A DNA stretch of 64,000 nucleotides, from positions 79,136-143,135 of the IMG/VR virus record IMGVR_UViG_2595698618_000001. The stretch is one strand, 5' to 3'. Source of the stretch: a virus (Duplodnaviria; Heunggongvirae; Uroviricota; Caudoviricetes). The position numbers and the translations under genes were made by a program. The notes under the pieces are model-generated. The model made no database searches. It was given only the letters and a program-made list of their open reading frames with translations, and had not been told where the DNA came from. Shown in pieces: positions 9,905-17,630 of the stretch (position 1 is the first letter of the stretch; the number at the start of each line of letters is the position of its first letter).

Positions 9905-10498
9905 TTACTGTCTCCAGAAATTCTCAAACTCTGCCTCGGAGGAGAATACGCTGTTGTCTCCTCGAATCAGGTCGAGTTTCTGAGACGAGCCGATGTTGTT
10001 CGTCGTCCCGCTACCATTCGACCGAGACGCCATCTTCCACTTTTCGTTGATGATAATATCCTCGATGGAAACCATATCAATCGTCTTCGCTTCAGGCTCC
10101 CATTGATACGCGAATAGTAGGACCCAATGCTCGTCGTAGGAATTATACGGATACTTAATCCACGGGCTGTCGTCGTCGGGACTACTAAAGTAACTCTTAC
10201 AGGTCCCGAGAGTCACACCGCCTTCGAGCGAGTCGGCATTCTTCATCTGAGCAGTCTTAATATCTAATGCTACTCGCTCGTTCGAATTGAAGGTTATGTC
10301 AGGATATTGGCGTGAGTGGTCTGGTCGTTCTATGTCGTGGACTAATTCAATCTTCTGAATTGCCAATTCCTCGACAATAGCCGTTACTGGATTTGACGTG
10401 CGTGGCACGTCTGAGACGAGGCCGTTTGTATGTAGGATTCCTTCAATGTCCCATTCGAACTCGTCAAATAGCGGCTCGATTTCTCGTTTAACGTTCAT
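9905..10498 (-). CDS. hypothetical protein (197 aa)
   Basis: ORF-track ORF, ATG. Confidence 0.55.
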   Translation of the reverse strand: MNVKREIEPLFDEFEWDIEGILHTNGLVSDVPRTSNPVTAIVEELAIQKIELVHDIERPDHSRQYPDITFNSNERVALDIKTAQMKNADSLEGGVTLGTCKSYFSSPDDDSPWIKYPYNSYDEHWVLLFAYQWEPEAKTIDMVSIEDIIINEKWKMASRSNGSGTTNNIGSSQKLDLIRGDNSVFSSEAEFENFWRQ

Positions 10499-10793
10499 AC
10501 GTTCTTACTTCGATTTTGTGCGGGATAAGTCTTTCGATGTATTCTGTATTGAGATATTCCTTCACTTCAAACTGCGGGCGTGGCTTAAGTGCAGACTGCC
10601 CATAAGTGAAGACAACCATCCATTTCGTCAAGCGGCTGGCATCTTCGAATGGGTAGGTCACGTCAACCAGTTCTTCGACTACAATCTGGTCGCCGTTTAG
10701 TGTTGGCGTAACGCCGACAGTATCGTGATGCAGGAATCTCTCGGTATTTCCGTCCTTCCATTTCACGTCGAATAAAATTCTATAATACTTCAC
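10488..10793 (-). CDS. hypothetical protein (GTG start, coupled)
   Basis: ORF-track ORF; GTGA overlap with upstream stop. Confidence 0.4.
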   Translation of the reverse strand: MKYYRILFDVKWKDGNTERFLHHDTVGVTPTLNGDQIVVEELVDVTYPFEDASRLTKWMVVFTYGQSALKPRPQFEVKEYLNTEYIERLIPHKIEVRTYER

Positions 10794-11077
10794 GTTAGTT
10801 CCTCGATGCGTTCGACTGTTAGTTCTTGCAGTTCGTCCTTAGAATCTGCAATGATTTTAATTTCCCGAGTGTGACCATCGGGGAGTGCCTGAAAGTATGC
10901 GTAGACTCGCTCGTTTTCGTCACGCAGTTCGGCAACCCATTGCTCTACCTCTCCGTAATCTCCATTTAATGCTTTCTTGTGGCGTAGCCTGCGGCCAAAT
11001 TGGACGAGCATCGACGCTCCTCCGACAAAAAGTGTGGCCGCCGCGCCACCAATAATTACAGTAGTTGCTCCTACCAT
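10790..11077 (-). CDS. hypothetical protein with N-terminal TM segment
   Basis: ORF-track ORF, ATG. Confidence 0.5.
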   Translation of the reverse strand: MVGATTVIIGGAAATLFVGGASMLVQFGRRLRHKKALNGDYGEVEQWVAELRDENERVYAYFQALPDGHTREIKIIADSKDELQELTVERIEELT

Positions 11078-11108
11078 AAATCGTAGTACGGCTTACGACT
11101 ACTTAAAT

Positions 11109-11399
11109 CTACTGGTAGTCGAATAAGTCGCCTTGCTTGTCGTCTATATTCGCACGCCTATCGACTTCTCGAATGACGACAACAAAGCCATCGTCTAAGA
11201 GTGGCTCAATCTTCCACGTTTCCAAATCAACGTCAAGTTTACTGGAAACTTTCCTGACTTGTGTGTAAAGCCAATCCCATCCAATGTCCTCGTAGAAGAA
11301 CATATGGTATAAATACCGAGAATCCTCTACTGACTTTTTAGAGTAACCCGCTTGAACTTGATTGTGCAGTTTAGTCTGCACTAAATTTGCGTCTGTCAT
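11109..11399 (-). CDS. hypothetical protein
   Basis: ORF-track ORF, ATG. Confidence 0.5.
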   Translation of the reverse strand: MTDANLVQTKLHNQVQAGYSKKSVEDSRYLYHMFFYEDIGWDWLYTQVRKVSSKLDVDLETWKIEPLLDDGFVVVIREVDRRANIDDKQGDLFDYQ

Positions 11400-11429
11400 T
11401 CATCTCACTATACTATATTTATCGCGCTA

Positions 11430-11660
11430 CTACTTAACGTTTTCGGCTACTACGGGTGGGGTGCGTTGTTCCATAATCCACCAGAAGACCATCCCGATAG
11501 TGGCGGTTACTGCTACAATCACCGCGCACATATGGATTGCCGCAATTATTGGAAGTGTTGCAAACTGAAAAATAACGAATGTTGCAAAAACAATAACTGC
11601 GCTTAACAGATACGCGACCGCACTCACCAACCCCACCGTCTTATGTAATGGTTCAGCCAT
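11430..11660 (-). CDS. small membrane protein (2 TM)
   Basis: ORF-track ORF; hydrophobic. Confidence 0.5.
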   Translation of the reverse strand: MAEPLHKTVGLVSAVAYLLSAVIVFATFVIFQFATLPIIAAIHMCAVIVAVTATIGMVFWWIMEQRTPPVVAENVK

Positions 11661-11663
11661 AAT

Positions 11664-11771
11664 TCATATTTTCGCTCCTACCGCCTTAAGTTTACCAACG
11701 AATAGTTGAACTCCAATCAACGTCCCGACTACAGGAAGTCCTATCAAGACTTTTAGAAGGTTTCGAAGCAT
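11664..11771 (-). CDS. micro membrane protein (35 aa)
   Basis: Hand-found ORF MLRNLLKVLIGLPVVGTLIG...; cgaaaggTTTATATAC promoter ~26 nt upstream. Confidence 0.35.
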   Translation of the reverse strand: MLRNLLKVLIGLPVVGTLIGVQLFVGKLKAVGAKI

Positions 11772-11835
11772 CCTTCCTATTGTGCTATACGTAATCAAGG
11801 TATATAAACCTTTCGATTTAGGCGGCCTCTAACTC

Positions 11836-12180
11836 TCACAACTGGATTCGCATCATATCCATTTCGAGCATTTCATCCAACTTGTCGATTACGTATTGTG
11901 GAATGTCAATATCTGCCTCCGATAAGTGTGCTTTATCCCAATGCACATCCTCGACAGTACGCCAATTCCGACGAGAAATCATCGAATCAGCCGAGCAACG
12001 CTTCTCAACGTAATGCATCAGCGTCCACTTATCCCACTCCTTAGCGTGACTAAACGTAAAGTCCTTCTCAACTAACTCGCCTTCTTCCTCATCACGAACG
12101 GTGAATGTGAAGGAGACAGTAGGCTCTCCGTACAAATGTCCATCATCATCCTGAAACTCAGTCGTATCCGTCAGTTTCAT
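11836..12180 (-). CDS. hypothetical protein
   Basis: ORF-track ORF 11836..12360 begins at TTG; internal ATG (MKLTDTTEF) overlaps ATGA with stop of TM ORF 12177..12353. Confidence 0.45.
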   Translation of the reverse strand: MKLTDTTEFQDDDGHLYGEPTVSFTFTVRDEEEGELVEKDFTFSHAKEWDKWTLMHYVEKRCSADSMISRRNWRTVEDVHWDKAHLSEADIDIPQYVIDKLDEMLEMDMMRIQL

Positions 12181-12353
12181 CGGAGTGCCAGTACCATCCC
12201 TGCGAGCAGACTTAGCACTAAGGCGATTCCACCAAGGACGAATAGCGTTCCTGACCCGAGTAGCACACCCAAGCCGATGAAAATCCACCCACCGACAAAG
12301 CCTCCGGCTAACGGGTCTGTGAATATCTCGGCCATTGCGGTAATCATATTCAT
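12177..12353 (-). CDS. small transmembrane protein (58 aa)
   Basis: Hand-found ORF MNMITAMAEIFTDPLAGGFVGGWIFIGLGV...; textbook promoter ccgaaaagTTTTAATA 22 nt upstream. Confidence 0.5.
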   Translation of the reverse strand: MNMITAMAEIFTDPLAGGFVGGWIFIGLGVLLGSGTLFVLGGIALVLSLLAGMVLALR

Positions 12354-12377
12354 ACCGCAATGTACGCCGTATACGTA

Positions 12378-12752
12378 TTAAAACTTTTCGGTTCGCGTTT
12401 CGATACCCTCACCGTTGAAGCAGATAAGCATTCCACCATCAACGTCGAGATTCGCATCTTCAGCGCCTAAGTTCAAGTAAGAACGCAACTGCTCCATACC
12501 TGCCTTAGAACCAGCCTTAAGTTCGACAATAATGAGAACATCGTCATTGTGACCTACCACAAGGTCAGGGCGGCGGTAGGCGATAGGCTTCCCTCGGTAC
12601 ATAATGGAGAAATTAGACTCAGAGGAAAACTCTACTCCTCTGTGCGAAAGTTCAGTCTCCATTGCATTATGATATGCTCGTTCTGAAAGTCCAGAACCAA
12701 GTTCCTCAAAGACCCGTTCTGCACTCTCCTCAATCTCCTCGTACAAAGACAT
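12378..12752 (-). CDS. PD-(D/E)xK nuclease, Holliday-junction-resolvase (Hjc)-like
   Basis: RRPDLVV...IIVELKAGS (D...E-x-K) pattern; ATG at 12752 has cgaaagATTTATAAG promoter 22 nt upstream (track start 12773 is GTG). Confidence 0.5.
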   Translation of the reverse strand: MSLYEEIEESAERVFEELGSGLSERAYHNAMETELSHRGVEFSSESNFSIMYRGKPIAYRRPDLVVGHNDDVLIIVELKAGSKAGMEQLRSYLNLGAEDANLDVDGGMLICFNGEGIETRTEKF

Positions 12753-12790
12753 ACGTGTGTTTACGTCTTCCACACTTATAAATCTTTCGA

Positions 12791-13015
12791 TTATCTCAAG
12801 TCTTCTCTATCGTACAACATAGCATACGCGACTCGAACCATCCCGCGCATTTCCTCCTGCTCACGCTTGGGAAAGTAGTGTAACGGTTGCTCCTCACGCA
12901 TTTCACGAACTTTACCCCTCGTACAAGAGAGGTAATGATAGCCGCGTGAAGTATCGAATATTAACGTGACCTTCTTTTGAGCCAAGTTATAGCGGAAGCC
13001 ATCTATTTGAACCAT
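12791..13015 (-). CDS. hypothetical protein
   Basis: ORF-track ORF 12791..13105 overlaps plus-strand gene; internal ATG 13015 has ccgaaaTGGTTATATAG promoter 20 nt upstream. Confidence 0.4.
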   Translation of the reverse strand: MVQIDGFRYNLAQKKVTLIFDTSRGYHYLSCTRGKVREMREEQPLHYFPKREQEEMRGMVRVAYAMLYDREDLR

Positions 13016-13039
13016 ACGAATAATTCGACGGCAGACTAT

Positions 13040-13089
13040 ATAACCATTTCGGCCAAAGATATAAGTACCCGTAGCGCGAATAGATTCAT
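13040..13089. promoter_or_regulatory. back-to-back divergent BRE/TATA promoter pair at strand-switch
   Basis: ccgaaatggTTATATAg (minus, drives 13015) and ccaaagaTATAAGTA (plus, drives 13090) share the same ~40 bp. Confidence 0.55.
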
Positions 13090-13200
13090 ATGAATCCAGT
13101 AACATTCATCAAAGAATTAGCACTCGGTATCGCAGTAGCCATCGGACTACTCGCAATCGCATTGTTCTTTATAATCGTACTATTAATCCTCGTACTATGA
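13090..13200 (+). CDS. micro membrane protein (36 aa)
   Basis: Hand-found ORF MNPVTFIKELALGIAVAIGLLAIALFFIIVLLILVL; promoter 22 nt upstream; ATGA junction with next gene. Confidence 0.45.
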   Translation: MNPVTFIKELALGIAVAIGLLAIALFFIIVLLILVL

Positions 13201-13433
13201 GAGTCCGAAAAGAACGTGAAGCGTGGCGCACCTACGATTTCGGAGTATACGGTGGCAAGCCAGTTGCACTTCAACAAAAGTGGGCGCTCTATTCAGTCAA
13301 AGAGCAAGAAACAAAACCCGCGCATCGTGGAAGAAACATCGCCATCTCTACCGATTTAGAAGCGTTCCCGACTGACGAATGGCGTGTCGTAGATATGCGC
13401 GAACTCGTAGACTACGATTTCCTCGATTCGTAA
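13197..13433 (+). CDS. hypothetical protein
   Basis: ORF-track ORF, ATG. Confidence 0.5.
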   Translation: MRVRKEREAWRTYDFGVYGGKPVALQQKWALYSVKEQETKPAHRGRNIAISTDLEAFPTDEWRVVDMRELVDYDFLDS

Positions 13434-13465
13434 CCTTTAAGGTAGTTGGGTCCTAATCTTTGAGT

Positions 13466-13798
13466 ATGGTTAGAAAGATTGCAACGTGTGAACACGAGCG
13501 GCAGTTTGTAAAGCAGGCGATTAAGAGCCTTCGAAATGACTTAGAGGAGAACGTCTCTGGAGTGCAGAAGGTACGTTCTGTCATCGGAGATGAATTTGGC
13601 GACGTGGAAGTTCGCCTCTCTGGAAAGGAGGCCGCACACGACGGAGACTGGATTAATATCTACGAGGTCGAGGAATATGCACAGAAGCATAACTTCAAGA
13701 AGGGGTCGGCTCACGCTTACAACGAGCCGATTCGTGGGCAGATTGATGCTCACGTCAGTATGACCTTCTTCTACACATTTCCCGAGGTGGCAGAATGA
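13466..13798 (+). CDS. hypothetical protein
   Basis: ORF-track ORF (track start 13460 is TTG; ATG at 13466 fits agtATG pattern). Confidence 0.5.
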   Translation: MVRKIATCEHERQFVKQAIKSLRNDLEENVSGVQKVRSVIGDEFGDVEVRLSGKEAAHDGDWINIYEVEEYAQKHNFKKGSAHAYNEPIRGQIDAHVSMTFFYTFPEVAE

Positions 13799-14070
13799 GC
13801 GACGATGGCACGAACGTAAACTTCGACTTCAGCCCGACTGACTTCATCGTGGGTCTGGCGAGTATTTACGTTCTGTTCAATTATGGTGCGTTCCTCGCGT
13901 GGGCGGCAGGACTCGGCGCACCCTTCGCTGGACTTGCGACCATCATCGTGTATCTGCTCATCATTGTCGACGTCATTGAGACAATCGCGCTGGCTATCAT
14001 TGGAATCATCGCAGTCTTGTTCATCGTCGTTGCGCTGTTCAAGATATTACAATGGATTGTTAATCGGTAA
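13795..14070 (+). CDS. membrane protein (2-3 TM)
   Basis: ORF-track ORF; hydrophobic. Confidence 0.5.
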   Translation: MSDDGTNVNFDFSPTDFIVGLASIYVLFNYGAFLAWAAGLGAPFAGLATIIVYLLIIVDVIETIALAIIGIIAVLFIVVALFKILQWIVNR

Positions 14071-14101
14071 GGTTAAGTAACCTCGACTCCTTTTCCCCAA
14101 T

Positions 14102-14419
14102 ATGAGCAAGAAAGTTCCATATTGGGAAACCATCGAATACATTGGTGGCGGCTACGTCTTGCAAAAGAAGATGGCCGCCAAACTCAATTCTGACGGCAAT
14201 GCAGTTAAAGAGCGAGAGCCATACTTAAAGGTAATGGACTCGAATCAGGTGACGAAGACCTATCACTCTCGCAATGGTCCGACTGATTATAAAGTAAACC
14301 AGATTGAGGAATTATCCTCGGTACATAGAATCGTTCACGCTTCTGAATTAGAGGGAGTGGATACGGACGAACTTGCGGCAGATGCCGTGAAACGCTTCGG
14401 TTCAGAAATGGAACTATGA
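14102..14419 (+). CDS. hypothetical protein
   Basis: ORF-track ORF, ATG. Confidence 0.5.
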   Translation: MSKKVPYWETIEYIGGGYVLQKKMAAKLNSDGNAVKEREPYLKVMDSNQVTKTYHSRNGPTDYKVNQIEELSSVHRIVHASELEGVDTDELAADAVKRFGSEMEL

Positions 14420-14793
14420 AGCGAACAAAGACAGAGTTCCGCGTAGAGTCGGAGGAGATTGAAGTAATGGATTGTGAGTTCTGTGGGCAGGAGGAGCCTG
14501 TTGACGAATTAAAAGAAGTGAAGATTAACCCTCGCGCTCACCTCGCAGTAGATTATAGCGACACGATGCAGAAAGTAATTGAAAAGAAGGAGAACGAAGG
14601 GTGGGTCTTTGAAGAACGAGCGCCAACGTGGGACAGAGACGAATATCCAACTCCGAAGATGCATTCGTACAATCCGGGGATGGTCAAACTCTCTGTGAAA
14701 GAGATGATGGAAATCTTCGACGAGGCGTTGCAGATGCACGACGATGGCTCTATGAAAGTCTGCGCCTTCTGTGCGAAAAACTTAAGTAGATAG
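14416..14793 (+). CDS. zinc-ribbon protein (CEFCG...CAFC)
   Basis: ORF-track ORF; two CxxC pairs. Confidence 0.5.
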   Translation: MKRTKTEFRVESEEIEVMDCEFCGQEEPVDELKEVKINPRAHLAVDYSDTMQKVIEKKENEGWVFEERAPTWDRDEYPTPKMHSYNPGMVKLSVKEMMEIFDEALQMHDDGSMKVCAFCAKNLSR

Positions 14794-14810
14794 CCCGCGT
14801 TTGACTGAGT
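14781..14810 (+). promoter_or_regulatory. BRE/TATA core promoter (aaaaaCTTAAGTAgatagc...gagtATG)
   Basis: Consensus element 22 nt upstream of ATG 14811. Confidence 0.5.
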
Positions 14811-15938
14811 ATGACTTGGATTACAGAGACGGCTGACCGAATCGAGGCAGAACGTGATGCGCCTTATGTCGTAAAGGGAGGCGTCTCTCCCTCGGGGACT
14901 ATTCACGTCGGGCACTTAAACGAACTTCTCTTGCCGTACTTCGTGGCAGAGGAACTACGCTCGCGTGATTATCGTGTCACACAGTATATGACTGTAGACG
15001 ACCTCGACCCAAATGTGGATAACGCAGACGCACACGTTGACGAGTTAGAACGAGTAATCAATGCACTCGGCATCGACGTTCACATCTGGCGAGCAAGCGA
15101 TGCTTACGGGGGCGGCGCACACTTAATTAACCTCTCCCACGCTCGAAAGAGTCGAAGCCGGATTGAAAGCATCGTCTCTGACTATCAGGATACTGAAGAC
15201 TTCCAAATCTTTGATGGCGAGAAGATGCCGTGGCGTCTCGAATGGGCGGCACAATGGGCTACCCTCGAAGTAGACTTTGAGCCTTACGGAAAGGACCACG
15301 CTGAAGGCTCCTTTGAAAGTGCGGCACGAATCGCAGAAGCCGCGTTTGGAATCGAGCCTCCTGTAGACTTCGTGTACGAATGGTTCACTCTCGACGGAGC
15401 CGCAATGTCTTCTTCGAGCGGCGTGAACGTCTCGGCAGAAGACGTGCTACGCTGGATTTGCCCACAAGACTTGATGGCACTCTTTCGACGGAATCCGCAA
15501 AAGCAACGCGACTTCTCCGTTGAAGACATTCCATCAATGGTGGGAAGTGTAATCGAGGATGGACCAACCTACAAGGAGGCGAGTCGCTACTGGCTTGGAT
15601 ATACGTCCCCGTCTCGAAACCTATTCCGCGAGCAATCGTGGAGTATGGATTACTTCCCGCGAGTCGAAGCCGCCGGTCAATGGGCAGAAGACTTCGGAGA
15701 AGACTACACGCTTGAATCAACCGAAGCGGATTCGGATGTGGACGAGGTAAACGCCCTGCTCGAATACGCAATGGACGGCTATTCGCCAGAAGACGTGCAA
15801 TCCTACGCATACGAGCAGGCGAAGGAGTACGGTGACGTGGGCGACTTCTTCACTCAACTGTATCGACACGTTGTTGGGCAAGATGACGGCCCGCAGGCAG
15901 GAGAACTACTCTCGGCAATCTATGGGAGTAACACTTAA
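14811..15938 (+). CDS. class-I lysyl-tRNA synthetase-like protein, truncated (catalytic Rossmann core only)
   Basis: VSPSGTIHVGHLNE resembles archaeal class-I LysRS HIGH region (ITPSGxxHxGNxRE); AAMSSSSG resembles its KMSSS(KG) motif; ~375 aa versus ~520 aa for full LysRS. Confidence 0.5.
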   Translation: MTWITETADRIEAERDAPYVVKGGVSPSGTIHVGHLNELLLPYFVAEELRSRDYRVTQYMTVDDLDPNVDNADAHVDELERVINALGIDVHIWRASDAYGGGAHLINLSHARKSRSRIESIVSDYQDTEDFQIFDGEKMPWRLEWAAQWATLEVDFEPYGKDHAEGSFESAARIAEAAFGIEPPVDFVYEWFTLDGAAMSSSSGVNVSAEDVLRWICPQDLMALFRRNPQKQRDFSVEDIPSMVGSVIEDGPTYKEASRYWLGYTSPSRNLFREQSWSMDYFPRVEAAGQWAEDFGEDYTLESTEADSDVDEVNALLEYAMDGYSPEDVQSYAYEQAKEYGDVGDFFTQLYRHVVGQDDGPQAGELLSAIYGSNT

Positions 15939-15962
15939 GTAGATAGCCACCAATGTTCTAAT

Positions 15963-16271
15963 ATGGTCAAAATCAATCTGGACGACTACGACAAAGCGGC
16001 AGAGTTCGGTCCTGTGACGAAGTTCGAGCAGACTGTTCGGACTCCCGGCTGGCCTGACGATGAGGCTGAGTGCCGTAAGGTGATGTACGAAGCCGGGCAC
16101 TACTTCAAGGTCGCACGAATCAGCACCCTCGGTTGGGGCGTCACGGAATACAACGAGAACGGGCGTCCAATTCGACGCAGTTCCAGCGAGAACCTCGGTT
16201 ACTTCGATAACGAGGAAGATGCTCACGCTCAGGCCCGAGAGTGGGTGGAGGAATATGTATCGGAGCAGTAA
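15963..16271 (+). CDS. hypothetical protein
   Basis: ORF-track ORF, ATG. Confidence 0.5.
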   Translation: MVKINLDDYDKAAEFGPVTKFEQTVRTPGWPDDEAECRKVMYEAGHYFKVARISTLGWGVTEYNENGRPIRRSSSENLGYFDNEEDAHAQAREWVEEYVSEQ

Positions 16272-16530
16272 GCCAAGCAAGGAATACGCTTGGGAGACTG
16301 TTGACGTGATGACGATTGGACAAACTGCTTACGCCTATCAGCAGAAGTATGAAGTTCGGCAAGAGATGGAGAAGAAAAGTGATAGGCCCTCGTACAGCGA
16401 TGGCCTTGGACTCGGTGTAGGTGTTGGCCTTACGATGGTCCCGACTGACGAGCATCGGTTGAAGAAGATGAAGGATACGCTCAACGAAGAAAGCATCAAG
16501 GAAGCAACGCAGGCGTGGGAAAATGAGTAA
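16255..16530 (+). CDS. hypothetical protein
   Basis: ORF-track ORF trimmed to ATG 16255 to reduce overlap. Confidence 0.4.
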   Translation: MYRSSKPSKEYAWETVDVMTIGQTAYAYQQKYEVRQEMEKKSDRPSYSDGLGLGVGVGLTMVPTDEHRLKKMKDTLNEESIKEATQAWENE

Positions 16531-16753
16531 GTATATCTGTAGCCAATGTACCGGGCGCTCTGGTGAGGAACACACGTTTCACCTGAGTCAGACGCCTAAA
16601 GCGTGCCCGTATAATGGTTGTCCCGAGCGATACATCAAGTCTATCGAAACGTATTTACGGGAGCAACTCGAAGATGCAGAGTGGGAAGCAGAGCGATGGG
16701 AAGACAAATACTACGAGTTAAAGGAGAAACAAGATGGAGATACCGATAACTAA
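16523..16753 (+). CDS. zinc-ribbon small protein
   Basis: CSQC...CPYNGC. Confidence 0.5.
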   Translation: MSKYICSQCTGRSGEEHTFHLSQTPKACPYNGCPERYIKSIETYLREQLEDAEWEAERWEDKYYELKEKQDGDTDN

Positions 16754-17441
16754 TCACCCGAACCTGCCCGAAGGCGTGCCGCTTGTTGCGGATTTCCACG
16801 ATATGCGGAATCGGTTGAGTTACTACTATCCAATCCTTCGAGATACGGATGGGGTTCGTACACCGATTACCCAATTTTACCGAATCGAGGGAGACTTCGG
16901 CTCATATCCCGAACTCGAATACCGCGAGATTACACGCTTTATGCAGGAACAGCAGATGCGCGAAGCGTTCGTGCGCGGAGATTATTCGAGTGCGAAATAC
17001 GACGAGTCAGGGAGACATATCGAGAGTCAGGACCCTTACGATATTGAGGGAACTGTCATTGAAATGATGCGACAACTCGCCCGAGGGAAACGGTATCTCG
17101 GTTCCCGAATTGCAGTACGGGAATGGGTTCCACCAGAGAAGGAGGTTCGCTACTTCTTCAAGAATGGACATATCTCGTATAAGGCAAGCCTTGACGACCC
17201 GATGGAGTTCCCCGATGAACAGGCCGAACGTGCGGCAAAGGCATTTGACAAGTATGCGTGGTCCTGCGATTTCATCAAGCACGAGGATACCGGAAAGTGG
17301 TATTGTATAGATATGGGACTCGACGGACTCTACCATAGCAAGAAGTACGGCTGGACTCCGCATAGTGAGCATCACGACGAGAAGTATTCCCCGAAGCAGT
17401 ACGTCGATGAGATGCCGAATCCGAAGGCTTTAAGGTACTAA
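16734..17441 (+). CDS. hypothetical protein (235 aa)
   Basis: ORF-track ORF, ATG. Confidence 0.55.
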   Translation: MEIPITNHPNLPEGVPLVADFHDMRNRLSYYYPILRDTDGVRTPITQFYRIEGDFGSYPELEYREITRFMQEQQMREAFVRGDYSSAKYDESGRHIESQDPYDIEGTVIEMMRQLARGKRYLGSRIAVREWVPPEKEVRYFFKNGHISYKASLDDPMEFPDEQAERAAKAFDKYAWSCDFIKHEDTGKWYCIDMGLDGLYHSKKYGWTPHSEHHDEKYSPKQYVDEMPNPKALRY

Positions 17442-17457
17442 GCGAGAATTGTAGAGT

Positions 17458-17595
17458 ATGCCAGCAAAATGCAAATACTGCGGTTACGAGATGAGCATCT
17501 GGACACTCATATGGGAGCGCATCAAGAGTGGTGCTATCCCTGTGTGTCCCGGTTGTGAAGCGAACGATGAAACTGTCGAAGTACGAATCGAGTAG
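17458..17595 (+). CDS. zinc-ribbon mini-protein (45 aa)
   Basis: Hand-found ORF MPAKCKYCGYEM...CPGCEAN; agtATG context. Confidence 0.4.
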   Translation: MPAKCKYCGYEMSIWTLIWERIKSGAIPVCPGCEANDETVEVRIE

Positions 17596-17630
17596 AAAGA
17601 GTTAAGTAGATACCCACCCAATCAACTAAT

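Noticed and set aside
13086-13277. 63-aa minus ORF spanning the strand-switch
   Set aside because: It overlaps two promoter-supported plus-strand ORFs (13090..13200 and 13197..13433) and the divergent promoter pair. It has no promoter of its own.
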